This document shows positions 9,700-18,427 of a stretch of DNA of 64,000 nt, piece after piece (positions within the stretch are counted from its first letter, which is position 1; each line of letters starts with the position of its first letter). The notes under the pieces were generated by a model. The model was not told the DNA's origin. It saw nothing but the letters and a program-made list of their open reading frames with translations, and made no database searches. The DNA lies in NCBI GenBank assembly GCA_021734805.1, contig JAIPIG010000005.1, forward strand, positions 29-64,028. Direction: 5' to 3'. The translations under genes and the position numbers were made by a program. Source of the stretch: Simkaniaceae bacterium. GTDB lineage: Bacteria > Chlamydiota > Chlamydiia > Chlamydiales > JACRBE01.

Positions 9700-10434
9700 A
9701 TGGTTCCATTTGTCAAATATCAAGCGGCGGGGAATGACTTTATCCTGTTGGATGAGAGAGAGACTCTTCTCCTTCATCCAAATGAGGTGCAGAGGTTGTG
9801 CTCGCGCCGCTATGGAATCGGAGCGGATGGCATTCTTTGTGTTCGCTCGTCTTCCATTGCCGATGCCCGAATGCTCTATTTCAATGCAGATGGGTCGCGC
9901 GTCGATTTGTGTCTGAACGGTCTTAGGACCGTTTTTTTTCATCTTCAAACAGCGACCGTGATCGAAACGGACTGTGGCATTTATCGAGGAGAGGGGACAG
10001 CCGTATTACTCCCCCCGCATCGGATTGTTTCAGAGCGGGTTTCTTTAGACGATCTCAATCTAGTGGGATCTCATTATCATACCGGGGTCGATCACTTTAT
10101 TGTTGAGAGCCGGGATGTTTCTTTGGAAAGAGTGAGTGATGTGGGAAGGCTCATAAGGCATCATGCCCATTTTGCCCCTTCCGGTACAAACGTCAACTTT
10201 ATGCAAATGAATCGGGATCGCATCCTAGTCCGAACCTATGAAAGGGGCGTTGAAAATGAAACCCTTTCTTGTGGCACCGGAGCCTATGCTTGTTTTGTTA
10301 AAAGTGGTAAAAAAGAAGCTCTGATTGAATTTTTTCATGGAGAAATTCTCGCATTTCGACAAGTTGAAGGGGCTATTGAGATGAGTGGCCCGGTAGTGCG
10401 TGTTTTTAGCGGGAGCTATTCGTCTGAGTTGTGA
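9700..10434 (+). CDS. dapF: diaminopimelate epimerase
   Basis: KYQAAGNDFILLD N-terminus. Both catalytic Cys contexts are present (FNADGSRVDLCLNG, ETLSCGTGAYA). Confidence 0.9.
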   Translation: MVPFVKYQAAGNDFILLDERETLLLHPNEVQRLCSRRYGIGADGILCVRSSSIADARMLYFNADGSRVDLCLNGLRTVFFHLQTATVIETDCGIYRGEGTAVLLPPHRIVSERVSLDDLNLVGSHYHTGVDHFIVESRDVSLERVSDVGRLIRHHAHFAPSGTNVNFMQMNRDRILVRTYERGVENETLSCGTGAYACFVKSGKKEALIEFFHGEILAFRQVEGAIEMSGPVVRVFSGSYSSEL

Positions 10435-10445
10435 CCCATTCCAGG

Positions 10446-10623
10446 TATATACCGAAATAAACTGAAGAATTGGTTTTTAGCTTTGCCGGCATCTTCGCCT
10501 TTTTATCCATAATTTTTTGAGCTATCTTCAATAGGTTCAAAAAATTATGCCGGCTAAAGCCTGATAAAAATTCGAAGCGCCATCTTTGCTAAAATCCCAA
10601 TTTTTCATTTCATTTCAGTATAT
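10446..10623. repeat. MITE-like family A, full-length copy
   Basis: Long imperfect palindrome: tataccgaaataaactgaagaattgg ... ccaatttttcatttcatttcagtata, with an internal gccggcatc ... caatag ... gccggct core. Matches 35437-35611 and 63509-63873. Confidence 0.85.
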
Positions 10624-10671
10624 TGACTCATCTGTTATGATAGCGGGAACAATGATTCACCGGAGCAATTT

Positions 10672-11802
10672 ATGCACATTGGAATTCCTAAGGAAATTAA
10701 AAATCACGAGTATCGAGTTGGGGCAACACCTGCAATGGTTAAGACGCTCCTTGAAGCGGGCCATGAAGTTTGGGTTCAGTCCGGTGCGGGAGACCGCATT
10801 GGGTTTGCCAATGAGATGTATGTCTTAGCGGGCGCGCATATTAAAAAAACGGCGCAGGAAATTTACGAGGCTGAGATGATCATTAAAGTGAAAGAGCCTC
10901 AGCTTGCCGAATTTGAGTTGTTAAAAGAGGGGCAGATCCTCTTCTGTTATTTGCACTTAGCTCCGGATCCGTTTCAGACAGAAAAATTGCTCGAGAAAAA
11001 AGTGGTTGGTATTGCCTATGAGACGGTCATTGATGCATCCAATCGCCTCCCGCTTTTAACCCCCATGAGTGAAATTGCCGGACGTATTTCGATTCAAGCC
11101 GGTGCGTATTGCCTTCAAATGGCTAATGGAGGTAAAGGCGTTTTACTTGGCGGGATTCCCGGGGTAACTCCGGGTAAAGTACTGGTACTTGGCGGTGGCG
11201 TTGTCGGAACTGAAGCGGCTCGTATGGCCATTGGTCTCGGAGCAGATGTCACCGTTGTCGATCGCAACCTCAATCGCCTCCGCGAACTCGACATCATTTT
11301 CGGTAACAAGCTCAAAACGCTTTATTCGACACCACATATGATTGATGAGATGATTGGGAGTGTTGATTTAGTGATTGGGGCCGTATTGATTCCCGGAAAG
11401 ACGGCTCCTAAAATTGTGACGCGAGAGCATTTGAAAAAGATGCAATCCGGTAGCGCTATTGTCGATGTGTCGATCGATCAGGGTGGTTGTATTGAAACAT
11501 CGCGCCCGACGACCCATTCTGAGCCCACTTATATTGAAGAAGGCGTTGTTCACTATTGCGTGACCAATATGCCCGGTGCGTGCGCGCGCTCTGCCACAAT
11601 GGGCCTTACGAATGCGACACTGCCTTATGCGCTTAAAATTGCCAATCTCGGCTATCAAAAGGCACTGCTCGATGATCCGCTTCTTAGAGAAGGGCTCAAC
11701 GTCTATTATGGTAAAGTGACAAATCAGCATGTTGCCGTTGATCTCGGATATGAATACTATCCGGCTCAAACGCTATTGAAGAGCGAAATGGCAACACTAT
11801 AA
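10672..11802 (+). CDS. ald: alanine dehydrogenase
   Basis: N-terminus [17 protein letters not shown] and NAD-binding [12 protein letters not shown]. Confidence 0.9.
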   Translation: MHIGIPKEIKNHEYRVGATPAMVKTLLEAGHEVWVQSGAGDRIGFANEMYVLAGAHIKKTAQEIYEAEMIIKVKEPQLAEFELLKEGQILFCYLHLAPDPFQTEKLLEKKVVGIAYETVIDASNRLPLLTPMSEIAGRISIQAGAYCLQMANGGKGVLLGGIPGVTPGKVLVLGGGVVGTEAARMAIGLGADVTVVDRNLNRLRELDIIFGNKLKTLYSTPHMIDEMIGSVDLVIGAVLIPGKTAPKIVTREHLKKMQSGSAIVDVSIDQGGCIETSRPTTHSEPTYIEEGVVHYCVTNMPGACARSATMGLTNATLPYALKIANLGYQKALLDDPLLREGLNVYYGKVTNQHVAVDLGYEYYPAQTLLKSEMATL

Positions 11803-11900
11803 AAGTTGCAGAGTCGAAAGAGTGCGTCTACACTTTGGGCTTGTAGGCGCATTCCCAACTTTTGAGTTCGTTTGTGTATAATTCACATTGAAGGTATGAT

Positions 11901-11931
11901 GTATACCGCTCTTGAATCACGAGCGGTATAC
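11901..11931. repeat. 31-bp palindrome resembling abutted family D termini (possible footprint or hairpin)
   Basis: gtataccgctc ttgaatcac gagcggtatac gives an 11-bp perfect stem. The same ataccgctcg...ttgaatcac words occur at the ends of 50288-50496. Confidence 0.5.
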
Positions 11932-11964
11932 TTCAATAAACTCCCCCGTTAGGTTGATTGATCA

Positions 11965-14900
11965 ATGAACATAGATTTTGTACAAAAAGCTGACCTTGAA
12001 AAAGGAAGGCTTTTGCTGGCAAGAGGAATTCCCTCTCTTTTGTTTTCCGAACGGACCTATCAAGTGGAAGTTTTTGCAGAGGAAAAAGGGGAAGCAACCT
12101 ATTGGATTTTTTTGGGGCTTGATGGGGGCTATCGTCCGATCGATTACTTTTGTACATGCGATCGATTTGAAGCAGCCAAAAGCTGCCCCCATGTGGCAGC
12201 GGCCTATTTAGCGGTATATGAGGGGGGCACGCTTCCTATTCATATGCGCTACAAGTCCTCTCTTTGGTTTATGCTCTTTTTTATTGCAGCCCGTCGGCAT
12301 GGTTTTTCTCCTAAACTTGTCAAGTTGCCACAGAATAAGGGATTTCAGATCAAGTCATCCAATCAAAATAAGATTTTATTTAAAATTAAAGCGAATACGG
12401 AGATTGGGGAGTCTAAACTCAAGGAATTTGTTTTTAACCGCGAGAAGGAGACAGAAGAAAACTCCATTAAGTTTTCGAATCTCTCGACAGAAGAAATACA
12501 GCACTACAAAGAGGGGCGTCCGAGTTTAGAGCTTCAGTTTGAGCTCTCTTTTTGGTCGGACCTTGCAAAATGGCTCGCTGTTTTAGAAGCGCAAAACCAC
12601 TCTTATGACATCCAATTTCGCGCGACAAGTGATTTGTTGCCCACTGAAATTTTTGTCGCTTTTGATGACATTGAATTTTCAGTCTATATCGCAAAAGCCA
12701 ATTGGCCTGAGCTAATGATGGTTTTGAGGCAGACGAAAAGCCCGTTGCCTGTCTTCGATTTTTATGATTTTGATTTGAAAAAAATCACCTATGATCCCGA
12801 TCAGAGGGCGTTGCTTCTTTCCAAGGAGATGTTTCATTTCCCTCAGAAGGCAAAAGAGGTTGATTTAGGAGAGTGGGTCTTTAGGCCTCATTATGGATTT
12901 TTCCCTAAAATGAATCCCCCTCTTTTTCAGGGGCCGGTGATTGAAGGAAAAGCTTTAGCAGAGGTTTTTCGTAAATATCCCATTCTTTTGCAGGATAAGT
13001 TGAAGGGGGAATCCATTCAATTAGACCCGATTGAACCGCGGTATGATTTGCACATGGATGCGAGTGGCAACTTACATATTACGCTCTATGCATTTGAGAA
13101 AGGAGATTTGCAAGCGGAGCAATCTCATTTTTTTCCCCCTTGGGGCTATCTCAAAAACAAAGGGTTTATCCGATGGACTGATCTCATGTTTGATGAGGGA
13201 GATAAAGTGATTGCGCGCGAGCGCATTGCTGATTTTATTAGCCATTATAAAGTATGGCTCAGTCAATTTGAGGGATTTGCGACGCATTTAACGCGGATGG
13301 AGTCGCGCTTAATTTATGAAGTGACGCCGGAAAGGCAATTGAGATTTGATGTTGCGGAAGATTTTGAGAATGCTTATCAGGGTGTGATTGATTTAGGGGA
13401 ATGGCTCTATATTCGAGGGGAAGGATTTTTTTCGAAAAATGTCAATCTTGTTCACTCCTTTTTGAAGCCCGGTATGGTGCTGAAGGGGCGTGATATCAGT
13501 TCATTTATCCGCTCTCATGAACCTGAGCTCGAGTTGGTCCATCAGTTTTTTGCCGAAAAATGTCCGGTGCTCAAAATGGGACTTAAAGTTTCCTACAACG
13601 AATCGGGTGTGATTGAAGTCGAGCCGCAGGTGCGTTATACAACCGGCTATCATGAGGATCGCGTGATGATCTTTAATGAATATGCCTATGTGCCCGATGA
13701 GGGGTTTTCGCGTATCCCGGAAAAAGCATTGCTGCCTGCAGGCTATGAAAATGTCAAAGAAATCCCCACCTTTTTAGAGCAGCACTTTTTATTTCACGAG
13801 CTCAATGATTTAAAACCCTATATTTTTGAAATTGACCCAAAATTAAGATGCGCGCGTCAAGTGAGACTCTTTATATCCCATGTCGATCATTTATCGGAGA
13901 GTGGATTGTGGAAATTAAAGCTTTGTGTTCGCACGGAGTTTGGGGACGCTTCTTTTGAGGATCTGCATTTTGCAGTGACAACGCTGAAACCTTTTTTAGC
14001 TTCAGATGCGGGATTGATTTTATTAAAAGAACCTCATTTTGATTGGATAAAAACGCTCGATGACAAGCGTATTTATAAAGATGGACTCAAAATGACAACC
14101 ATGGAATGGATCCGTCTTTGCGTGTATCAAGATGTCGAGTTTGGATCATCATGTGATCCTCAGTCTGTCAATGCGCTCCTTCAATTTAAATCCTTGAAAA
14201 TGACAGAACTCGACAAGCCCTGTTTGGTTGGTTTTAAAACGGATATGCGTCCTTATCAAGAAATCGGTGTCAAATGGCTCTGGCATCTCTATCACAATCA
14301 CTTATCGGGGATTTTAGCCGACGAGATGGGGCTTGGGAAAACGCACCAAGCTATGGGATTGATCGCTGCCGTTCAAAACCACTGCCGTCAAAGTGAAGCG
14401 CGATTTTTTGTCGTATGCCCCACTTCCGTCCTCTACCATTGGGAAATGCTCCTCTCGAAATTTTTGCCTGAGATCAAAGTCTTTACTTATTATGGTCCGC
14501 AGAGAAGCCTAGATGCTTTCCAAGGGAGTGATTTGTTTTTAACCAGTTATGGAACATTGCGCACCGATATTTCCAAAATCAAGATGATCCGGTTTGAGGT
14601 GGCCATTTTTGATGAGATGCAATCGGCTAAAAATAAAGAATCGCAAATTCACAAAGCATTGAAGGCGCTCCGCTCAAAAATGAAGCTCGGCTTATCGGGA
14701 ACGCCGATTGAAAACGATCTTTCTGAACTCAAAGCCCTTTTTGATATCTTGCTCCCTCAATATTTCCCCAAAGATGAGGCCTTTAAAGAGATGTTCGTGT
14801 TGCCGATCGAACGGTTTCAGGATCGCCTCAAAACAGGGCTTCTCAAACGGCTGATCAATCCCTTTATTTTGCGCCGGCGCAAAACGGAAGTTCTACAAGA

Positions 14901-15660
14901 TTTGCCTGACAAGATCGAGGAAATTGCCTATATCGATTTGAGTGATGAACAGCACGAGATATACCGGCGTATTTTTGAGCATGGATATATTGAGTTGGAA
15001 GAGTTAGAAACACAAGAAAAACCCCGTCTACATTTGCACATTTTCGCCCTGCTGAGCAAATTGAAGCAGGTGTGTAATCATCCCTGCTTAGTGACTAAAA
15101 CACCTGAGCAATACCTCGACCACACATCGGGCAAATTTGAGCTATTTAAAGAGTTGATTAGAGAGGCCCGAGCCAGTGACCAAAAAGTGGTTGTTTTCAC
15201 CCAATATCTCGATATGATTAAAATTTTTCGCCTCTATTTTGAGAGCATGGGGATTGGGTATGCATGCATTCATGGACAAACTAAAGATCGTAAAGGGGAG
15301 GTCGAGCGCTTCCGCGATGATCCTTCTTGTGAGATCTTTATCGCATCACTCCAAGCGGGAGGAGTGGGAATTGATTTAATTGCCGCTTCTGTAGTGATTC
15401 ACTACGACCGATGGTGGAATCCCGCCAAGGAAAACCAGGCAACGGATCGGGTCCATCGCTTCGGACAAACTCGGGGTGTACAAGTCTTTAAACTTGTCAC
15501 AAAAGGGACGATCGAAGAGAGGATTCACGAGCTCATTGAACAGAAGAAAGGGCTCCTTCAGAATGTGATCGGGTATGATGAGGAGGATCAGTTTAAAAAG
15601 ATTGATCCGAGCGAGCTGATGCAAATGCTGCGCGACTATCATAGAGAAACCCAAAAATAA
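11965..15660 (+). CDS. SNF2-family helicase with N-terminal SWIM zinc finger
   Basis: SWIM motif CTCDRFEAAKSCPH. Helicase motifs LADEMGLGKT, FDEMQSAKN, SLQAGGVGIDL and WWNPAKENQATDRVHRFGQ. Confidence 0.9.
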   Translation: MNIDFVQKADLEKGRLLLARGIPSLLFSERTYQVEVFAEEKGEATYWIFLGLDGGYRPIDYFCTCDRFEAAKSCPHVAAAYLAVYEGGTLPIHMRYKSSLWFMLFFIAARRHGFSPKLVKLPQNKGFQIKSSNQNKILFKIKANTEIGESKLKEFVFNREKETEENSIKFSNLSTEEIQHYKEGRPSLELQFELSFWSDLAKWLAVLEAQNHSYDIQFRATSDLLPTEIFVAFDDIEFSVYIAKANWPELMMVLRQTKSPLPVFDFYDFDLKKITYDPDQRALLLSKEMFHFPQKAKEVDLGEWVFRPHYGFFPKMNPPLFQGPVIEGKALAEVFRKYPILLQDKLKGESIQLDPIEPRYDLHMDASGNLHITLYAFEKGDLQAEQSHFFPPWGYLKNKGFIRWTDLMFDEGDKVIARERIADFISHYKVWLSQFEGFATHLTRMESRLIYEVTPERQLRFDVAEDFENAYQGVIDLGEWLYIRGEGFFSKNVNLVHSFLKPGMVLKGRDISSFIRSHEPELELVHQFFAEKCPVLKMGLKVSYNESGVIEVEPQVRYTTGYHEDRVMIFNEYAYVPDEGFSRIPEKALLPAGYENVKEIPTFLEQHFLFHELNDLKPYIFEIDPKLRCARQVRLFISHVDHLSESGLWKLKLCVRTEFGDASFEDLHFAVTTLKPFLASDAGLILLKEPHFDWIKTLDDKRIYKDGLKMTTMEWIRLCVYQDVEFGSSCDPQSVNALLQFKSLKMTELDKPCLVGFKTDMRPYQEIGVKWLWHLYHNHLSGILADEMGLGKTHQAMGLIAAVQNHCRQSEARFFVVCPTSVLYHWEMLLSKFLPEIKVFTYYGPQRSLDAFQGSDLFLTSYGTLRTDISKIKMIRFEVAIFDEMQSAKNKESQIHKALKALRSKMKLGLSGTPIENDLSELKALFDILLPQYFPKDEAFKEMFVLPIERFQDRLKTGLLKRLINPFILRRRKTEVLQDLPDKIEEIAYIDLSDEQHEIYRRIFEHGYIELEELETQEKPRLHLHIFALLSKLKQVCNHPCLVTKTPEQYLDHTSGKFELFKELIREARASDQKVVVFTQYLDMIKIFRLYFESMGIGYACIHGQTKDRKGEVERFRDDPSCEIFIASLQAGGVGIDLIAASVVIHYDRWWNPAKENQATDRVHRFGQTRGVQVFKLVTKGTIEERIHELIEQKKGLLQNVIGYDEEDQFKKIDPSELMQMLRDYHRETQK

Positions 15661-15739
15661 AAAAATGTTTTTACAGTTTCGGATTCAGTAGCGTTTTAAT
15701 TGTTTTTCGACTATGCTATTTGCAAATATATGAATATAT

Positions 15740-17089
15740 GTGGTCAATATGGGTCTTCCCTATCTCAAAATAGCTCTTGTTGGGCGCCCCAATGTGGGTA
15801 AATCCCACCTATTCAATCGAATGAGTAATAAAAGAATTTCGATTGTCGATGAAATGGAAGGGGTAACGCGCGATCGCCTTTATGCCTATACCGAATATTT
15901 TGGGACCCCGATTCAACTCATCGATACGGCAGGGATTGATCCTCAAAATATATCTTTATTCAATCAAGAAATGATTGCCCAATCAGAGCTCGCTATTGCT
16001 GAGGCCGATGCCGTTATTCTCGTTGTTGATGGAACCGTCGGCGTTCAACCCCTCGATCGGGTTGTCAATCAGCTCGTGAGAAAGTGCAATAAGCCCTATG
16101 TGCTCGCTATCAATAAAATGGAAGGGCAGAACGAACAACACGCCCATGAGTTCTTTTCTTTAAATGCGCCTCATTCCGTTGAGGTTTCGGCAATGCATGG
16201 CCGCGGCATTGAAGAGCTCTATGAGTCCGTTCTCGATGGCCTTACAGTTGATGAAGTTGCCGCTGTTGATGAGGGCATTAAACTCGCTATTATTGGACGC
16301 CCTAATGTGGGAAAATCGACATTTTTAAATGCAGTTCTTGGTGAGAAAAGGGTGGTTGTTTCCGATCAGGCAGGAACAACGCGCGATAGTATCGATGCTC
16401 ACATTGAAATCGATGGCCAATCCTTCACTCTAATTGATACGGCCGGGATTCGAAGACGGCATAAAGAACTCAATGTTGTCGAAAAATTTGCTGCCATTCG
16501 CACACAACGCGCGATTGAGAGGGCAGATATCTGCCTATTTATGATTGATGCCGTTGATGGACTGACAACCCAAGAGAAAGGGATTTTATCCGATATTGAA
16601 AAAGCAAAGAAAGGGTGTATCCTCTTTGTTAATAAGTGGGATCAAATCAGTAATGTGAGAATGGAGCATGCAAAGAAAGACCTCTTTCACATGGCCCCTC
16701 AATTGCGATTCTACCCTATTATTTTTGGCTCGGCTCTGACGCAGCGCAACATATCAGAGGTTTTCAAGCTGACTTCGCAAGTCTATAGCGAACTCACTCG
16801 CCGTATTCCAACATCTGAGCTCAATCACTTCTTAGAGCGAACGATGCAACTCAATCATCCTCCAATGATTCAAGGAAAGCGGCTTCGTATTTATTATATG
16901 TCTCAAATTGAAACGGCGCCCCCTCAGTTTATTCTCTTTATCAATTATAAAGATCGCATGACGGATACCTACGAGCGCTATCTGATGAATGCCTTCCGCG
17001 AGAAGTATTCATTCCTTGGAATTCCGCTCACGTTCTATTTGCGAAAGAAAAGCCAAAAAGAACTCCCTCACATGGCCTCTACTCACTGA
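15740..17089 (+). CDS. der: ribosome-associated GTPase Der/EngA
   Basis: Two G domains, each with GRPNVGKS and DTAGI, plus a KH-like C-terminus. Start is GTG 15740 or ATG 15749. Confidence 0.9.
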   Translation: MVNMGLPYLKIALVGRPNVGKSHLFNRMSNKRISIVDEMEGVTRDRLYAYTEYFGTPIQLIDTAGIDPQNISLFNQEMIAQSELAIAEADAVILVVDGTVGVQPLDRVVNQLVRKCNKPYVLAINKMEGQNEQHAHEFFSLNAPHSVEVSAMHGRGIEELYESVLDGLTVDEVAAVDEGIKLAIIGRPNVGKSTFLNAVLGEKRVVVSDQAGTTRDSIDAHIEIDGQSFTLIDTAGIRRRHKELNVVEKFAAIRTQRAIERADICLFMIDAVDGLTTQEKGILSDIEKAKKGCILFVNKWDQISNVRMEHAKKDLFHMAPQLRFYPIIFGSALTQRNISEVFKLTSQVYSELTRRIPTSELNHFLERTMQLNHPPMIQGKRLRIYYMSQIETAPPQFILFINYKDRMTDTYERYLMNAFREKYSFLGIPLTFYLRKKSQKELPHMASTH

Positions 17090-17097
17090 TTTTTAGC

Positions 17098-17499
17098 TTA
17101 TTTCGGTATAACCGGGTCGTATTTGTATTCCGTGTTGCCGTAGAGCGTTTTGCGATAAACCCAGTGCTCTTTATTTTCCCTTAAGAGGCGGTCACATCCC
17201 ATGAGATAGCCCATGACAAAGCCGTGACGGCGGATGGCTTGCTTCATATATTCAGAGCTTGAGGGGCGGTAGTGACTACGGGGGCCGTCGGTAGGGGAGA
17301 GAATGTTTTGATGAAAAGCGATGACGGCTTCTGCGATGCGTGAGGGGATATCTTTGCGTTTCGGAGGAATAAAATCTTCGTCTTTTTGGAAGCCGGCGAG
17401 GGCTTTATCTTTGCCCCAAGGTTCGACATAACCCGGCTGATAGGCAGTCAGGGTATAGCTAAAAAGCATACTGAAGAGCAAGCACCGGATAGAGCTCAT
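17098..17499 (-). CDS. YidD-family (DUF37) protein, divergent, with an N-terminal signal-like extension
   Basis: IAFHQNILSPTDGPRSHYRPSSSEYMKQAIRRHGFVMG aligns with my memory of E. coli YidD ([31 protein letters not shown]). The conserved Cys are replaced by Ser. Confidence 0.6.
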   Translation of the reverse strand: MSSIRCLLFSMLFSYTLTAYQPGYVEPWGKDKALAGFQKDEDFIPPKRKDIPSRIAEAVIAFHQNILSPTDGPRSHYRPSSSEYMKQAIRRHGFVMGYLMGCDRLLRENKEHWVYRKTLYGNTEYKYDPVIPK

Positions 17500-18427
17500 T
17501 TTTCCTCATCATCTGATTTGCATTGTTTTCAAACAGGCGTTCATTATAGGTCTTTGCCGCTTCACCCGCTCCATAAATGCCCCCAAAGTACCAACCCGCT
17601 TCAAAACTCGTCATCACGATGCCGGCAGGGATATTTCCATTGTAGAAGAAGTAGGCAGCAGCGGCAGTACAGAGGGAGTTGAGAAGAAAAGCGGTGATCG
17701 CCGTTTGCTTTTGGCCGATATAGAGGTAGCCGGCACCCGGAATGAGAGCATTGAGTGCTTGAGCGGTGCGTGGCGATTTTTTATATTCATCATAAAAATG
17801 GACCAATTCTTCGCTCTGTTGTTTGATTTGCGGGCTATAGCTTGCAGCCACAATTCGGTTCACTTCACCTTGAGAAATAGCGTAAGAGAGTTTGAGCTTC
17901 TCTCCCGTAGGTTGATCCGCTTGATGAATAGCCTCGAGAACGCGGTTTGCGTGATCGATCTCATTCAAGTTTTTATAGCAATCATATAGGACAATGAGAA
18001 GGTCTTTATAGACCGGGAAGGAGCGATCGATCATTGCAAGAGAAGAGCTTTCAAAAGCTTCAAGGGCATCTTCAAAACGATGTCCAATATAATAACTTAA
18101 GACGAGATAATATTGGATTTCTAATCGGCGCACCATTTCACTTTTAGGAATGAGGATATGAGCGCGTTTAAAAGCCGTCACCGCGCGGTAGAGATCGAGC
18201 TCTTTTGCAAGTGCTACACCAATTTTGTATTCTTTTCCCCACTCTTGAGCTTCTTCTTGTTCTTTCAAAGGTTCAAAGGCTGTGGGCATTGACTGGATAC
18301 GCCACTCGGGCATTGCGTAGGCAAGTTGGGGTTGGATGGTCCCCTTGCCAAAACCATAGCATCCGGCTAAGGAAAGCGCGATAAAAAGAGAAAGCGCTCC
18401 TCGAATAAGCCGTTTAATCTTCGTCAT
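17459..18427 (-). CDS. lipoprotein with TPR-like repeats and a C-terminal hydrophobic domain
   Basis: Start MTKIKRLIRGALSLFIALSLAGC carries the lipobox LAGC. Its ATG (18427) overlaps the sctC stop (18414) by 14 nt. TPR-like helices occupy the middle. Near the C-terminus is LIPGAGYLYIGQ followed by 2-3 hydrophobic helices. Confidence 0.7.
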   Translation of the reverse strand: MTKIKRLIRGALSLFIALSLAGCYGFGKGTIQPQLAYAMPEWRIQSMPTAFEPLKEQEEAQEWGKEYKIGVALAKELDLYRAVTAFKRAHILIPKSEMVRRLEIQYYLVLSYYIGHRFEDALEAFESSSLAMIDRSFPVYKDLLIVLYDCYKNLNEIDHANRVLEAIHQADQPTGEKLKLSYAISQGEVNRIVAASYSPQIKQQSEELVHFYDEYKKSPRTAQALNALIPGAGYLYIGQKQTAITAFLLNSLCTAAAAYFFYNGNIPAGIVMTSFEAGWYFGGIYGAGEAAKTYNERLFENNANQMMRKNELYPVLALQYAF

